Origin: an uncultured Spirochaetota bacterium
GTDB lineage: Bacteria; Spirochaetota; Spirochaetia; SZUA-6; Fen-1364
Direction of reading: 5' to 3'
Length of the DNA stretch: 64,000 nt
Assembly (NCBI GenBank): GCA_963820525.1
Contig: CAWGAA010000002.1
Span: 96,001 to 160,000 of the forward strand
The translations under genes and the position numbers were made by a program. Positions 19,223 to 28,924 of this stretch are shown here, one piece after another (within the stretch, counting starts at the first letter, position 1; every line of letters begins with the position of its first letter). The notes beneath the pieces are model-generated. The model had not been told where the DNA came from and ran no database searches. It saw nothing but the letters and a program-made list of their open reading frames with translations.

Positions 19223-19996
19223 ATGAGCGGAGACATAACGGATATCCTTCGCGATTGGGAATTCGACTCCGACAACCAGATCCGCATCATCCAGGCGGAT
19301 GACGGCAGGCAGGTCCTCCAGGTGCGTCAGCCCCTGGGGATGGAGCAGTACGAGCTTGACGGCCGTCCCGATGGGAAGCATCCCTTCGGGCGGGATTCCG
19401 CCCTGGAAGAGTTCAAGGCCAGGCTGGAAAACTACACGGCCTCGCACGGCTCCGATGAGGGCTTCAGCATCACACATGACGATTTCGCCACCCTCCAGGG
19501 CGAGGGCGTTCTGTACTACTTCCGCTACCTCGTTCTGTTCCAGATCGGAGACTTCGTCCGCACCACCCACGACACGGAGCACAATCTCGCCCTCTGCGTG
19601 ATGGTGGAAAAGTACGTCGACAACGACGAAGACAGGAAAGAGCTGCTCCAGTACAAGCCCTACATCCTCCGGATGAACGCGATATCGCGCGCTATGATCT
19701 CCCTCCACAAGGAGATGAAGGCCGCGGCGGAGGATATCCTCAACAACGCCATTACAACCATCGAGGCGATGGACGAGATCGACACCCCCGCCTTCCAATT
19801 CGAGAGGGTGCGCTCCCTCAACTACCTCAAGGCCACGCTCAAGCAGATCCATGAGAAGAAGCCGTCGCCCGTGGAAAACCTCAAGAGCCAGCTCCAGCAG
19901 GCCATCGAGGAAGAGGACTATGAACGGGCCGCGACCCTGAGGGACCGGATCAAGGAGTTCGCGGACGAAGAGCCCGCCGGGGATCCGGAGGAATAG
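19223..19996 (+). CDS. UvrB/UvrC-motif-containing protein
   Basis: LQVRQPLGMEQYELDGRPDG; C-terminal EDYERAATLRDRI. Confidence 0.8.
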   Translation: MSGDITDILRDWEFDSDNQIRIIQADDGRQVLQVRQPLGMEQYELDGRPDGKHPFGRDSALEEFKARLENYTASHGSDEGFSITHDDFATLQGEGVLYYFRYLVLFQIGDFVRTTHDTEHNLALCVMVEKYVDNDEDRKELLQYKPYILRMNAISRAMISLHKEMKAAAEDILNNAITTIEAMDEIDTPAFQFERVRSLNYLKATLKQIHEKKPSPVENLKSQLQQAIEEEDYERAATLRDRIKEFADEEPAGDPEE

Positions 19997-20090
19997 GGCC
20001 GGACCGCCTGACGGCCGCCGATTCAGCCGCCTTTCCCATACGCTTGCCTCTCGAGTTTCCTCCTGATACCCTACGCAATCGAGGATTTGA

Positions 20091-20438
20091 ATGATCAAAA
20101 GAAGCGGCGAGATGGAGAAAGAGGTTCGCGAGCGCATGCGCGAGGGCACGGGGACCGTGCAGATCCTCCACGTGTTCAAGAAGGAGGAGCTCCACGGAAA
20201 GGCGCGGCTCTTCGCCCGCCTTCGCCTGGCCAGGGGATGCTCGATTGGATACCACACCCATGAATCCGAGGAGGAGATCTTCTACATCCTTCGCGGAAGC
20301 GCGCTCGTCACGGAGAACGGTGAAAGCTCGCGGGTGGGGGCGGGAGACGCCGTGCTCACCGGCGGCGGGGCGGGACACTCGATAGAGAACCGCGAAGAGG
20401 AGCCCCTGGAGCTCCTGGCGGTCATCCTCCAATGCTGA
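20091..20438 (+). CDS. Cupin domain protein
   Basis: SIGYHTHESEEEIFYIL..GHSIEN. Confidence 0.88.
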   Translation: MIKRSGEMEKEVRERMREGTGTVQILHVFKKEELHGKARLFARLRLARGCSIGYHTHESEEEIFYILRGSALVTENGESSRVGAGDAVLTGGGAGHSIENREEEPLELLAVILQC

Positions 20439-20454
20439 AAGCACGGACTTAAGG

Positions 20455-23066
20455 ATGTTGCCATTCTTTCGACGCCGGCGCGCTGCCGATCGGGTCAGCA
20501 CGGGTTTCAGATGGTTCCAGGGCAGGCTCTTTGCCGACGCGGTAACCCCCGCCTACTTTGCCCGGGCGCGCGGGGGACGCTATGAGCTTCAGATAACCAA
20601 GTCCTCCTATTTCGCCTGGGAGCTCGCCTCGCTTTCGGTAGCGCTCTCGGATTTCGTTCTGGACGCGCGGATCGAGATCGACGGCTCCAATGCCCATTCG
20701 GCCGTGGGCTTCGTCGTGCGCTACCTCAACGAGGAAAACTTCTACAGCTTCCTCGTCTCCAACCGCGGCATGTACCGCTTCGATCTCCTGTTCAACAAGC
20801 ACCCCATGCCCCTCATCGAGTGGACGTCTCTTACCGAGAAGCCTGAAGGGGGCGCGGGGGAGATACCGCTGCGGATCGTCGGACACGGGAGCCACTTTTC
20901 ATTCTATGTGGACGAGGAATGGGTGGGCGAGATCGAGGACGAGACGATCCCGGCGGGGACACTGGGGTTCGCGGCCCAGAACTTCTCCGAGGCGGAGCGG
21001 GCCGTATTTTCTTTGAAGAGCTTCGCCGTTGAGGCGCGCCCCCTCGTCGTGGAGCGGGAATACCTGCGGTGGGTGCACTACGTGCCCCATTCCCCGGCGG
21101 TCCGCCTGGCCCTCGCGGAGACGCTCTTCGCCATGGGAAACTTCGGCGCCGCGGCGGTTCAGCTGCGCAGGGCGCTCGCGGGCCGTGAGGGCACGGCGCG
21201 CGAGCGCTTCCTCCTGGCGGAATGCTACCTCAGGCTTTCGCTCATTGACGCCGCCCGAGCCGAGATCGAAGAGGTCCTCAGGCGCGAGCCGGCCCACAGG
21301 GATGCGCTTTTCGAGAAGGCCAACCTTCTCTACCTCTCCAACGAGTTTCTCGCAACGCGGGACTACATCCGTGATGGGTTGGCCGCGGGGACCCTCGAGC
21401 CGAGCGCGTCGTTGTGGGACCTCCTGGGAAACGCCGAGTACTCTCTGGGCAACTGGCAGAAATCGGGAGAAGCCTACACCCATGCGATGGAGCTCCAGCC
21501 CGAGGAGCCGCTGTTCCTCAAGAACGCGGCGCGAAGCCTGGAGCTGGCGGGGAGGCGGGAGGAGGCCCTGGAGACGTACATGCGGGCCGCCAGGATCCTC
21601 TTCCGCGACCAGGCCTATGACGAGCTTACCTTCATCCTTCCCCGGGTCCTGGTCCTCGACCCGTCGAACGCCGAAGCGCGGGCCCTCGAGGCGAAGATGC
21701 TGTTTCACGAGGGAAAGAGCGAGGAGGCCCTGGGAATACTAAAGCAGCTCGCCTCCTCGGGGATCGCGGACAGCGCCGTGTACTACCTTCTGGGCATCAT
21801 CCTCTCGGAAAAAGGGCTGCGGCAGGAGGCGGTGGGCTGGCTCGCCAAGGCGGCTGAAATGGAGCCCACGTTTCCGCTCTATCACTTCCGGCTCGCCGAA
21901 GGCCTGCACCTGCTGGGAAGGGACCCGCGGGAAGTGCTGGAGCGCGCCCGCTCGCTCGCGCCCGACGACCCGTGGATCAACAACCTTTCCGGCCTGGTAT
22001 TCCTGGAGGCAGGGGAGGGCGAGCGGGCGGAGGCGGTTCTTCGGGCGGCCCATCAGAAAGCGCCGTCGGAAATCGATATCCGTATGAACCTCTCCGAGGC
22101 GCTTACGCGGTCGGGAAAGCATGAGGAGGCGCTGGCCCTGCTCGACGATCAGGGCGGTTCCGCGGTCGATGACGCTCGCCTGGCGAACCAGAAGGGTAAT
22201 ATTCTCGGCCGCAGGGGAGACTTCACGGGAGCGGTGGAGGCCTACGAGAAGGCGATCCACCTCGACGCCGCGATCCCCATATACAAGGAGAACTGCGCCT
22301 CAGCCTGCCTGGAGCTGGACATGGTTCACAGGGCGGAAGAGCTTCTGGGGGCGGTGGAACAGGCAAGCCCCAGCCCGTCGGTCTACAACCTTCTCGGAAA
22401 CGCGGCGCGGCTGAAGGGCGAGCCCCAGCGGGCCGAGCTGGCCTACGCAAAAGGGCTCGGCATGGACCCGGGCAACCCCGATCTCACCGCGAACCTTGCC
22501 ATGCTCCAGATGGAGCGGGGACGTCACGCCGAAGCCAAATCTCTCATCGAATCGATCCTGGAAAAGAACCAGAAGGACACACGGGCCCTTGCCTTGCTTG
22601 AGAAGATGCGTGCGCGCTTCGAGACCCGCCTTGCCTGCTCGGGCTGCGGGCGGGAGTGGTGGGTGCCCCGGGACATCCCCTTTCAGCCATCCCTGGTGGT
22701 GAGGGGGAGCCTCCGCCGGAAGCTCCCGCCGGCCGCTGCCCGCGCTGCGGCAAGCTGTTCTGTGTGGCGTGCGCATCCGCCCACCTCAAGGACATGCGCT
22801 TCCACTGCGCGGACTGCGGCGAGCCGCTGAAGCTCTCAGACGATTCCCTTCGCTTCCTCTTGAGCGAGCTGGTGGAGAAGCAGAAGGCGGCCCCCATCCC
22901 GGAGACTCAAGCAGCCCCTGTCCCGGAAACTCCACCGGCGCCCGTTCAGGAAGCTGCTCCGGCGCCATCCCCGGAGGCTCCTGAGGCGTCCTCCCGAGAG
23001 GCTTCAGCGCCGTCCCCGGCCGCCGATCCCGGCGGATCGTCGCCCGAGAGGCGAGAGTCGCCTTGA
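20455..23066 (+). CDS. TPR protein with N-terminal beta-sandwich and C-terminal Zn-ribbons; frameshift at ~22703-22707
   Basis: Many TPRs; CSGC in the first frame continues as CPRC/CVAC/CADC in ORF 22656..23066 if one G is added to the G5 run. Confidence 0.75.
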
Positions 23067-23100
23067 CAAAGCCGGCTTCATCGTTACTATGGTTTGAGCC

Positions 23101-23787
23101 TTGAACCCGAAACCGCTGCTCCTCGCTGCACTGTTTACGCTTCTTATCGCCCCGTTATCCTCCGCCCAGGAAATTCTTTCCGCGGAGAAGTTCTTCGACG
23201 GTGTCTCCGCGGACTATGGGAAGGTGGCGGATTACACCGCCGCCATCACGATCACGGCCGGCAAGAACGGCGCATGGCGGGGCAGGATTTCATACAAGTC
23301 GCCCCTGTTCCTGAGAATCGACTTCGACGATCCCAAGGGGCAGGTGTTCGTCATCGACGCAGAGAAGCTCACCATCTACGTGCCCGGGCTCGACGTGGTT
23401 CTGGTCCAGCGGTATAAGAAGAAGAGCTCGGCGGAGATCGCCTCCATGGCGAGCAGGCAGGGGCTGAACATCCTGAGGTCGAGCTACGGGATCGCGTTCT
23501 ACGCCTTTCCGGGGTTCGTACCGCTGGAAGACGGCTCAAAGGAGCAGGTCATGAAGCTGAAGCTCACGCCCAAGTCATCCGGGGCGGCCTTCAGCCAGAT
23601 CATCATGTCGGTGGGCAAGGACAACCTCATCCGCCGGATGGAAGCCACCGAAGCGAGCGGGGACAAGCTGGTGCTCGACCTCTCCAACATCAAGACGAAT
23701 CAGAACATCCCCGATGCCAGGTTTCAATACGATTCGCCTCCCTACGCGAATATCCAGGACGATTTTCTCTTTGATTCGAGCGAGTGA
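23101..23787 (+). CDS. lolA: Outer-membrane lipoprotein carrier LolA-like protein
   Basis: Signal peptide; GRISYKSPLFLRIDFDDPKGQVFV; IPDARFQY; position before rodZ. Confidence 0.8.
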   Translation: MNPKPLLLAALFTLLIAPLSSAQEILSAEKFFDGVSADYGKVADYTAAITITAGKNGAWRGRISYKSPLFLRIDFDDPKGQVFVIDAEKLTIYVPGLDVVLVQRYKKKSSAEIASMASRQGLNILRSSYGIAFYAFPGFVPLEDGSKEQVMKLKLTPKSSGAAFSQIIMSVGKDNLIRRMEATEASGDKLVLDLSNIKTNQNIPDARFQYDSPPYANIQDDFLFDSSE

Positions 23788-23792
23788 GAACC

Positions 23793-25040
23793 ATGGAATC
23801 TATTGGTGAAAAGCTTCGTCTGGCGAGAGAAAAGAACAACTACACGATAGAGCAGATCTCCCGCGAGACGCATGTGGCGAAGAGGTTTCTCAAGGCGCTG
23901 GAGGACGAGGATTTCTCGGCGTTCCCCGGTGAGACCTATGCAATGGGGTTCCTCCGCAACTACGCCGAATATCTCGGCCTGAACGCAGAGGAGCTCGTGG
24001 GGTTCTACAAGAACCTCAAGATCCAGGAACAGCCCCTTCCCATGACAGAGCTGTTGGACACGGGGCCGAGGATCAATCTGCGGCTCATCCTCATCATTGC
24101 CGTGGCGGCCGTCGTGGTTCTTGGAGGCGGGGCATATCTGGTCTACCGCACCGTCACTTCCCGGGGGCGGGGGGTTTCGGAATCCCCCTCACGCACCCTC
24201 TTGAAAAAGGAGACCGAGGAGTTCGTTTTCCAGGAAGAGGTGAGAACAAAATGGTTCAAGCTGGGGGACGCCATTACGGTTCCCATCGGCGACAAGACCT
24301 ACCGGCTCGAGATCGCCTCCCTCGGGGACTCTCTCACCCTGAAGATTCCCGGCGGCTCGGTGGACCTCACCGTGGGCAAGGAGAGGCTCATCGACCTGGA
24401 TGGCGACTCCCGGGCCGATATCAAGATCGTCTGGAACGATACGGACCGCACCTCCGCGGAGAAGCGGGTCAATCTCGGACTCTACCGCGTGGGCGGCGCC
24501 GCCGCCGTCATGGTGGAGCCTCCCAGTGCGTCAGGCGGCACTCAGACCGCTGCGGCCGGCGGACAGCCGCCCGGCGCGACGGGGACGGGCGCGAGCGGCC
24601 AGGCCGCCGCTCAGCCCGCGGCCGGCCGGCAGCCTGCAGCCCCGGCGGGACAGGGCGCTGCGCAGCCCGCGGCAGCCGCCCTTCCGCAGGTGACCACCCC
24701 GCCGGTGCGTCAGGCGGGTTTCAAGCCCGCTGTCGTGATCCACGCGGCCCAAGCCGCCCCCTTCACCATAGACCTCCTCTTCCGCGATTACTGCCTCCTG
24801 CGCTTCCAGGTGGACTCCAAGGACAGGGAGGAGCAGTTCCGCCAGAAGGGAGAGACCCTCAGCCTCGACGCGAAGAGCCAGGTGACCCTCTGGCTTTCCA
24901 ACTCCGGGGCCGTCAAGGCGAAGATAGCCGGCAAGGACGTGGAGCTGGGCAGGCTCGGGGAGGTGGCCGCGCGGCGGATCTCCTGGCGCGCCGATTCATC
25001 TTCCAACGACAATGTCCTGGAAATTACGCCGCTTTACTGA
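23793..25040 (+). CDS. rodZ: RodZ-like HTH membrane protein
   Basis: SIGEKLRLARE..YAMGFLRNYAEYLGL, TM helix, C-terminal LSNSGAV..GRLGEV. Confidence 0.8.
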   Translation: MESIGEKLRLAREKNNYTIEQISRETHVAKRFLKALEDEDFSAFPGETYAMGFLRNYAEYLGLNAEELVGFYKNLKIQEQPLPMTELLDTGPRINLRLILIIAVAAVVVLGGGAYLVYRTVTSRGRGVSESPSRTLLKKETEEFVFQEEVRTKWFKLGDAITVPIGDKTYRLEIASLGDSLTLKIPGGSVDLTVGKERLIDLDGDSRADIKIVWNDTDRTSAEKRVNLGLYRVGGAAAVMVEPPSASGGTQTAAAGGQPPGATGTGASGQAAAQPAAGRQPAAPAGQGAAQPAAAALPQVTTPPVRQAGFKPAVVIHAAQAAPFTIDLLFRDYCLLRFQVDSKDREEQFRQKGETLSLDAKSQVTLWLSNSGAVKAKIAGKDVELGRLGEVAARRISWRADSSSNDNVLEITPLY

Positions 25041-25097
25041 CGGGTATCCAAGGGGGCGCCTTACCCGTCACGAAAGCAGATTCCGCCAACACCCGCG

Positions 25098-26489
25098 ATG
25101 CCTAGAACCGGATCCTTCTACATAGAGAGTCTCGGCTGCGCGAAAAACCAGGTCGACTCCGAGCTCATGATCGCCGCTCTCGAGGGGGCGGGATGGCGCT
25201 TCGTCTCCAGCCCCGAAGAAGCGGATGTGCTGATCGTCAATACGTGCGGTTTCATTTCCCAGGCCAAGACCGAATCCATAGAGACGGGGCTCGAGCTCCG
25301 CTCGCGATTCCCCCGGAAGAGAATCTACATGACGGGATGCCTCACGGAGCGCTACGGTGAGGAGCTTGCCCGGGAGCTTCCCGAGATAGACGGCATCTGG
25401 GGAAACCGGGATCCGGCCGGCGTTCCGGCGCTGCTTTCCGCGAGGGGAGGGGATCGACGCCGCGCTCACGCTGCCCTGGCGGTGACCCCGACGCTCCGCA
25501 CGCGACTGCTTTCCTTCGCGGGAAGCGCATACGTGAAGGTGGCGGATGGCTGCGACAACAGGTGTACCTACTGTGCCATACCCCTCATCCGGGGGAGGCT
25601 CGCCAGCAGGTCCCGCGAGGATGTGCTGGGGGAGATCCGCGACCTGCTTTCCCGAGGGATCAGGGAGATCGTTCTCATAGCCCAGGATCTCGGCTCGTAC
25701 GGCGTGGACAGGGGGGCGCCGGAGCTCGCCCTTCTTCTTCGAGAGATCTCCGGCCTGTCGGGAGACTTCTGGGTTCGCATGCTCTACATCCATCCCGACC
25801 ATTTCCCGAGGGAGATCCTCCCCGTCCTCAAGGAGGATGCCCGTCTTCTTCCCTACTTCGATATTCCCCTGCAGCATGCCTCTCCCCGAATCCTGCGGGC
25901 CATGGGGAGGAGGGGGGAGCCGGAGAAGAATCTCGCATTGATCGATGAGATCAGGGAAGCGATGCCCGGGGCGACGGTCAGGTCGACGTTCCTCGTGGGC
26001 TTTCCCGGGGAAACGGAGGAGGACTTCAGGCTCCTCCTCGATTTCCAAGCGCGCGCCGCCCTGCAGTGGATGGGAGCATTCACCTATTCGAGGGAGGAGG
26101 AGACCCCGGCGTATCGGATGCGCGAGCGCGTGCCCAAGAAGACCGCGGAGGAGAGGAAGACCCGGCTGGAAGAGCTTCAAGTCCCCATCACCCAACGAGC
26201 GCTCGACGGTCATCTGGGCAGGACCCTCGAGGTGCTCATCGAGGAGCGGGTGTCGGGGGAGGAGCTTTCGATCGGCAGGACATATATGCAGGCGCCCGAT
26301 GTCGATGGGCTGACCGTGGTGCGCGGCGTGTATCAGCCCGGGACCGTGGTGCGCGCCAGGATTATGCGGCGGAACGGCCTCGACCTTGAAGCGGAGCCCA
26401 CGCCAGGGACGGCAGAGGGCGGCGATATAGCCAGCGAGCGAAGCGAGCTTCCAGGCGCCAAGGACGGCGGGAGCCGCCCCAATGTCTGA
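25098..26489 (+). CDS. rimO: Ribosomal protein S12 methylthiotransferase
   Basis: SLGCAKNQVDSE, NTCGFI, GCDNRCTYCAIP, APDVDG. Confidence 0.93.
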   Translation: MPRTGSFYIESLGCAKNQVDSELMIAALEGAGWRFVSSPEEADVLIVNTCGFISQAKTESIETGLELRSRFPRKRIYMTGCLTERYGEELARELPEIDGIWGNRDPAGVPALLSARGGDRRRAHAALAVTPTLRTRLLSFAGSAYVKVADGCDNRCTYCAIPLIRGRLASRSREDVLGEIRDLLSRGIREIVLIAQDLGSYGVDRGAPELALLLREISGLSGDFWVRMLYIHPDHFPREILPVLKEDARLLPYFDIPLQHASPRILRAMGRRGEPEKNLALIDEIREAMPGATVRSTFLVGFPGETEEDFRLLLDFQARAALQWMGAFTYSREEETPAYRMRERVPKKTAEERKTRLEELQVPITQRALDGHLGRTLEVLIEERVSGEELSIGRTYMQAPDVDGLTVVRGVYQPGTVVRARIMRRNGLDLEAEPTPGTAEGGDIASERSELPGAKDGGSRPNV

Positions 26490-28611
26490 TCCGGGCTACC
26501 TCTCCATCCTGAACCCCGAGCAGAGAAAGGCGGTGGAGCACTTCGGCAGCCCGCTTCTCATCCTCGCCGGCGCGGGGTCGGGCAAGACGCGGGTGATCAC
26601 GACGAAGATCGCCTACCTCATCGACAGGATGGGGATGAGCCCGCGCTCCATTCTCGCTGTCACCTTCACCAACAAGGCGGCGCAGGAAATGCGCGAAAGG
26701 GTTCTCTCCCTCGTCCCCCACGCCGAGGAGGTGATGGTCAGGACCTTCCATTCCTTCGGAGCGTGGCTGCTCAGGAGAAACAGCACGCTTGCGGGGCTTG
26801 ACCCCTCGTTTCTCATCTATGACGACGAGGACTCGGCCAATCTTCTCAAGGGCATACTCGGCGACGAGGACAAAAACTCGCTGCGCCGCACCCATGCGGA
26901 AATCTCCCGGGTGAAAGACCTGGGCATCGAGGCCGGTGAGGCGGACGAGAGAATCGCGCGCGCGGGCTGTCCGCCGGACGTCTACCGGGCGTACCAGGAG
27001 AGGCTCCGCCGGACCGGCAACGTGGACTTCGGCGACCTCATCCTTCTTCCCATGAAGCTCCTGCGCGACTCTCCCGAGCTGCGGGAGAGGACCCAGGCGA
27101 GGTTCCAGGTCGTGCTGGTGGACGAGTACCAGGACTCCAACATCGCACAGTTCCAGCTGTTGAAGGCGCTGTACAGGCCGGGAAACTACCTCTGCGTGGT
27201 CGGCGACGACGACCAGTCCATCTACCGCTTCCGGGGGGCCGAGGTGGGAAACATCCTCTCCTTCTCCGAGGCCTTCCCCGGGACCGAGGTCGTCAGGCTG
27301 GAAAGGAATTATCGCTCCACGGCATCCATCCTGGCTGCGGCATCCGCAGTGGTGGCCAACAATACGGGCCGGCTCGGAAAGACCCTGTGGACCGAGAAAG
27401 CGGCGGGGGAGCCGGTGACCGTCTCGTGCCTTTCAGACCAGGACGAGGAGGCCCGATTCTGCGGCCAGCTGGCCCTCGACGGCTTCCCCGGGAGCACCGC
27501 CATCCTCTACCGCATGAATGCCCAGTCCCGGCCGTTCGAGGAGTTGTTTTTCCGCGCCGGAATACCGTATCGAGTAGTGGGAGCCGTGCGGTTCTATTCC
27601 CGGGAAGAGGTGAAGGACGCCATTGCGTACCTGGCTCTCCTGGCCAATCCTCGCGACGAGGTATCCTTTGCCCGGATCATCAACAAGCCCGCGCGGGGAA
27701 TCGGAAAAGCGAGCGTGGAGAAGATAATCGGGCGCTGGAGGGCGGCGGGAGGAAGCCTCTGGGAGGCGTGCTCGGCTGTGTCGGCACTCCTTCCGGCCAA
27801 GGCACGGACGGGCATCGAGGAGCTTCTCTCCTGCTACGGGGAGCTTCGCGGCCGCATGGATTCCACTCCGCTGGGGGAGCTTGCCCGCTTCATGATCTCC
27901 CGGACGGGTTTGTACGAATCGTACAAGACCCGGGACAAGGCAGACGGGACGGCGAAGGCCGGAAACCTCGAGGAGCTGGTGAGCGCCATGTCGGCGTATG
28001 GGAGCGGCGGGGAAGCGCTTTCGCGGTTTCTGGAGAACAGCGCGCTGGCAAGCGCCGTCGAAGAGCCCGAGGCAGGGAGGCCGCAGGCCGGAGAAGGCAG
28101 GGATGCCGGCGAAGGGAGATCCGCAGGCGAGCCGGACGACAAGGTGACCCTCATCACCCTCCACAACACCAAGGGCCTGGAGTTCGACCGGGTCATTATC
28201 ACGGGCCTGGAGGAGGGGATCTTCCCCCACGAGTCCAGCCTTTTAAGCCTCGATGAGCTGGAGGAGGAGAGACGCCTCTTCTATGTCGGGATCACCAGGG
28301 CGCGGGAGCGGCTGATGCTGACGTGGTGCAGGCGGCGACGCGTGTTCGGAAGGTATGCCGAGATGGAGCCCTCCCGTTTCCTCGACGAGCTTCCCGAGGA
28401 CCAGGTGAGGAGGCTCGGGGAGGAGGAGGACCAGGTCGACGAGTATCCCCTGGGCTGCGGGGTATTCCACGACGAGTATGGGCCTGGAATCGTGGAGCGG
28501 AAATGGTATACTCACGGCAACCTCCTCATCCAGGTGCGGTTCCGGTCGGGGAGAGTCGCAAAGTTCGTACCGAAGTATAATCGATTGGAAAGGATCAGCG
28601 CCGATGATTGA
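26482..28611 (+). CDS. uvrD: ATP-dependent DNA helicase UvrD/PcrA
   Basis: AGAGSGKT, VDEYQD, GDDDQSIY, NYRST, KGLEF, EERRLFYVGITRA. Confidence 0.92.
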   Translation: MSDPGYLSILNPEQRKAVEHFGSPLLILAGAGSGKTRVITTKIAYLIDRMGMSPRSILAVTFTNKAAQEMRERVLSLVPHAEEVMVRTFHSFGAWLLRRNSTLAGLDPSFLIYDDEDSANLLKGILGDEDKNSLRRTHAEISRVKDLGIEAGEADERIARAGCPPDVYRAYQERLRRTGNVDFGDLILLPMKLLRDSPELRERTQARFQVVLVDEYQDSNIAQFQLLKALYRPGNYLCVVGDDDQSIYRFRGAEVGNILSFSEAFPGTEVVRLERNYRSTASILAAASAVVANNTGRLGKTLWTEKAAGEPVTVSCLSDQDEEARFCGQLALDGFPGSTAILYRMNAQSRPFEELFFRAGIPYRVVGAVRFYSREEVKDAIAYLALLANPRDEVSFARIINKPARGIGKASVEKIIGRWRAAGGSLWEACSAVSALLPAKARTGIEELLSCYGELRGRMDSTPLGELARFMISRTGLYESYKTRDKADGTAKAGNLEELVSAMSAYGSGGEALSRFLENSALASAVEEPEAGRPQAGEGRDAGEGRSAGEPDDKVTLITLHNTKGLEFDRVIITGLEEGIFPHESSLLSLDELEEERRLFYVGITRARERLMLTWCRRRRVFGRYAEMEPSRFLDELPEDQVRRLGEEEDQVDEYPLGCGVFHDEYGPGIVERKWYTHGNLLIQVRFRSGRVAKFVPKYNRLERISADD

Positions 28612-28921
28612 CGAGCGGCTCCTCGATTCGATCCTCGCCCTGTGCAAGTTCACCGTGAGCGAGGATGAGAAGGAGGAGTTTCGCGCCCAGGTGGGAAAGA
28701 TCATCGAGTATTTCACGCTCCTGAAGCGCTACGACACTTCCCAGCCGTCCGAGGGGCGGCTCGGCGGCTTCGATCGCCAGGATTGGAGCGCGGAGAGGCT
28801 GTTCGCCGACACGGCGCGTCCCGGGCTTTCCTCGCAGTCGCTTCAGGGTTTCGCCGTCCATTTCCTGGACGGCTTCTTCACCGTCCCCCGCATCATTGCC
28901 GACGACAAAAAAGAGGCGTAG
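28604..28921 (+). CDS. gatC: Asp/Glu-tRNA amidotransferase subunit C
   Basis: Position before gatA; C-terminal GFFTVPRII. Confidence 0.8.
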   Translation: MIDERLLDSILALCKFTVSEDEKEEFRAQVGKIIEYFTLLKRYDTSQPSEGRLGGFDRQDWSAERLFADTARPGLSSQSLQGFAVHFLDGFFTVPRIIADDKKEA

Positions 28922-28924
28922 GGA

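Noticed and set aside
18266..20257. Long antisense ORFs (also 38319-40034, 57920-59596, 10371-11660, 28595-29764)
   Set aside because: Shadow frames of well-supported genes in high-GC DNA, with no motifs.
24510..24720. Ala/Gly/Pro/Gln-rich stretch in RodZ
   Set aside because: Low-complexity periplasmic linkers are normal for RodZ.
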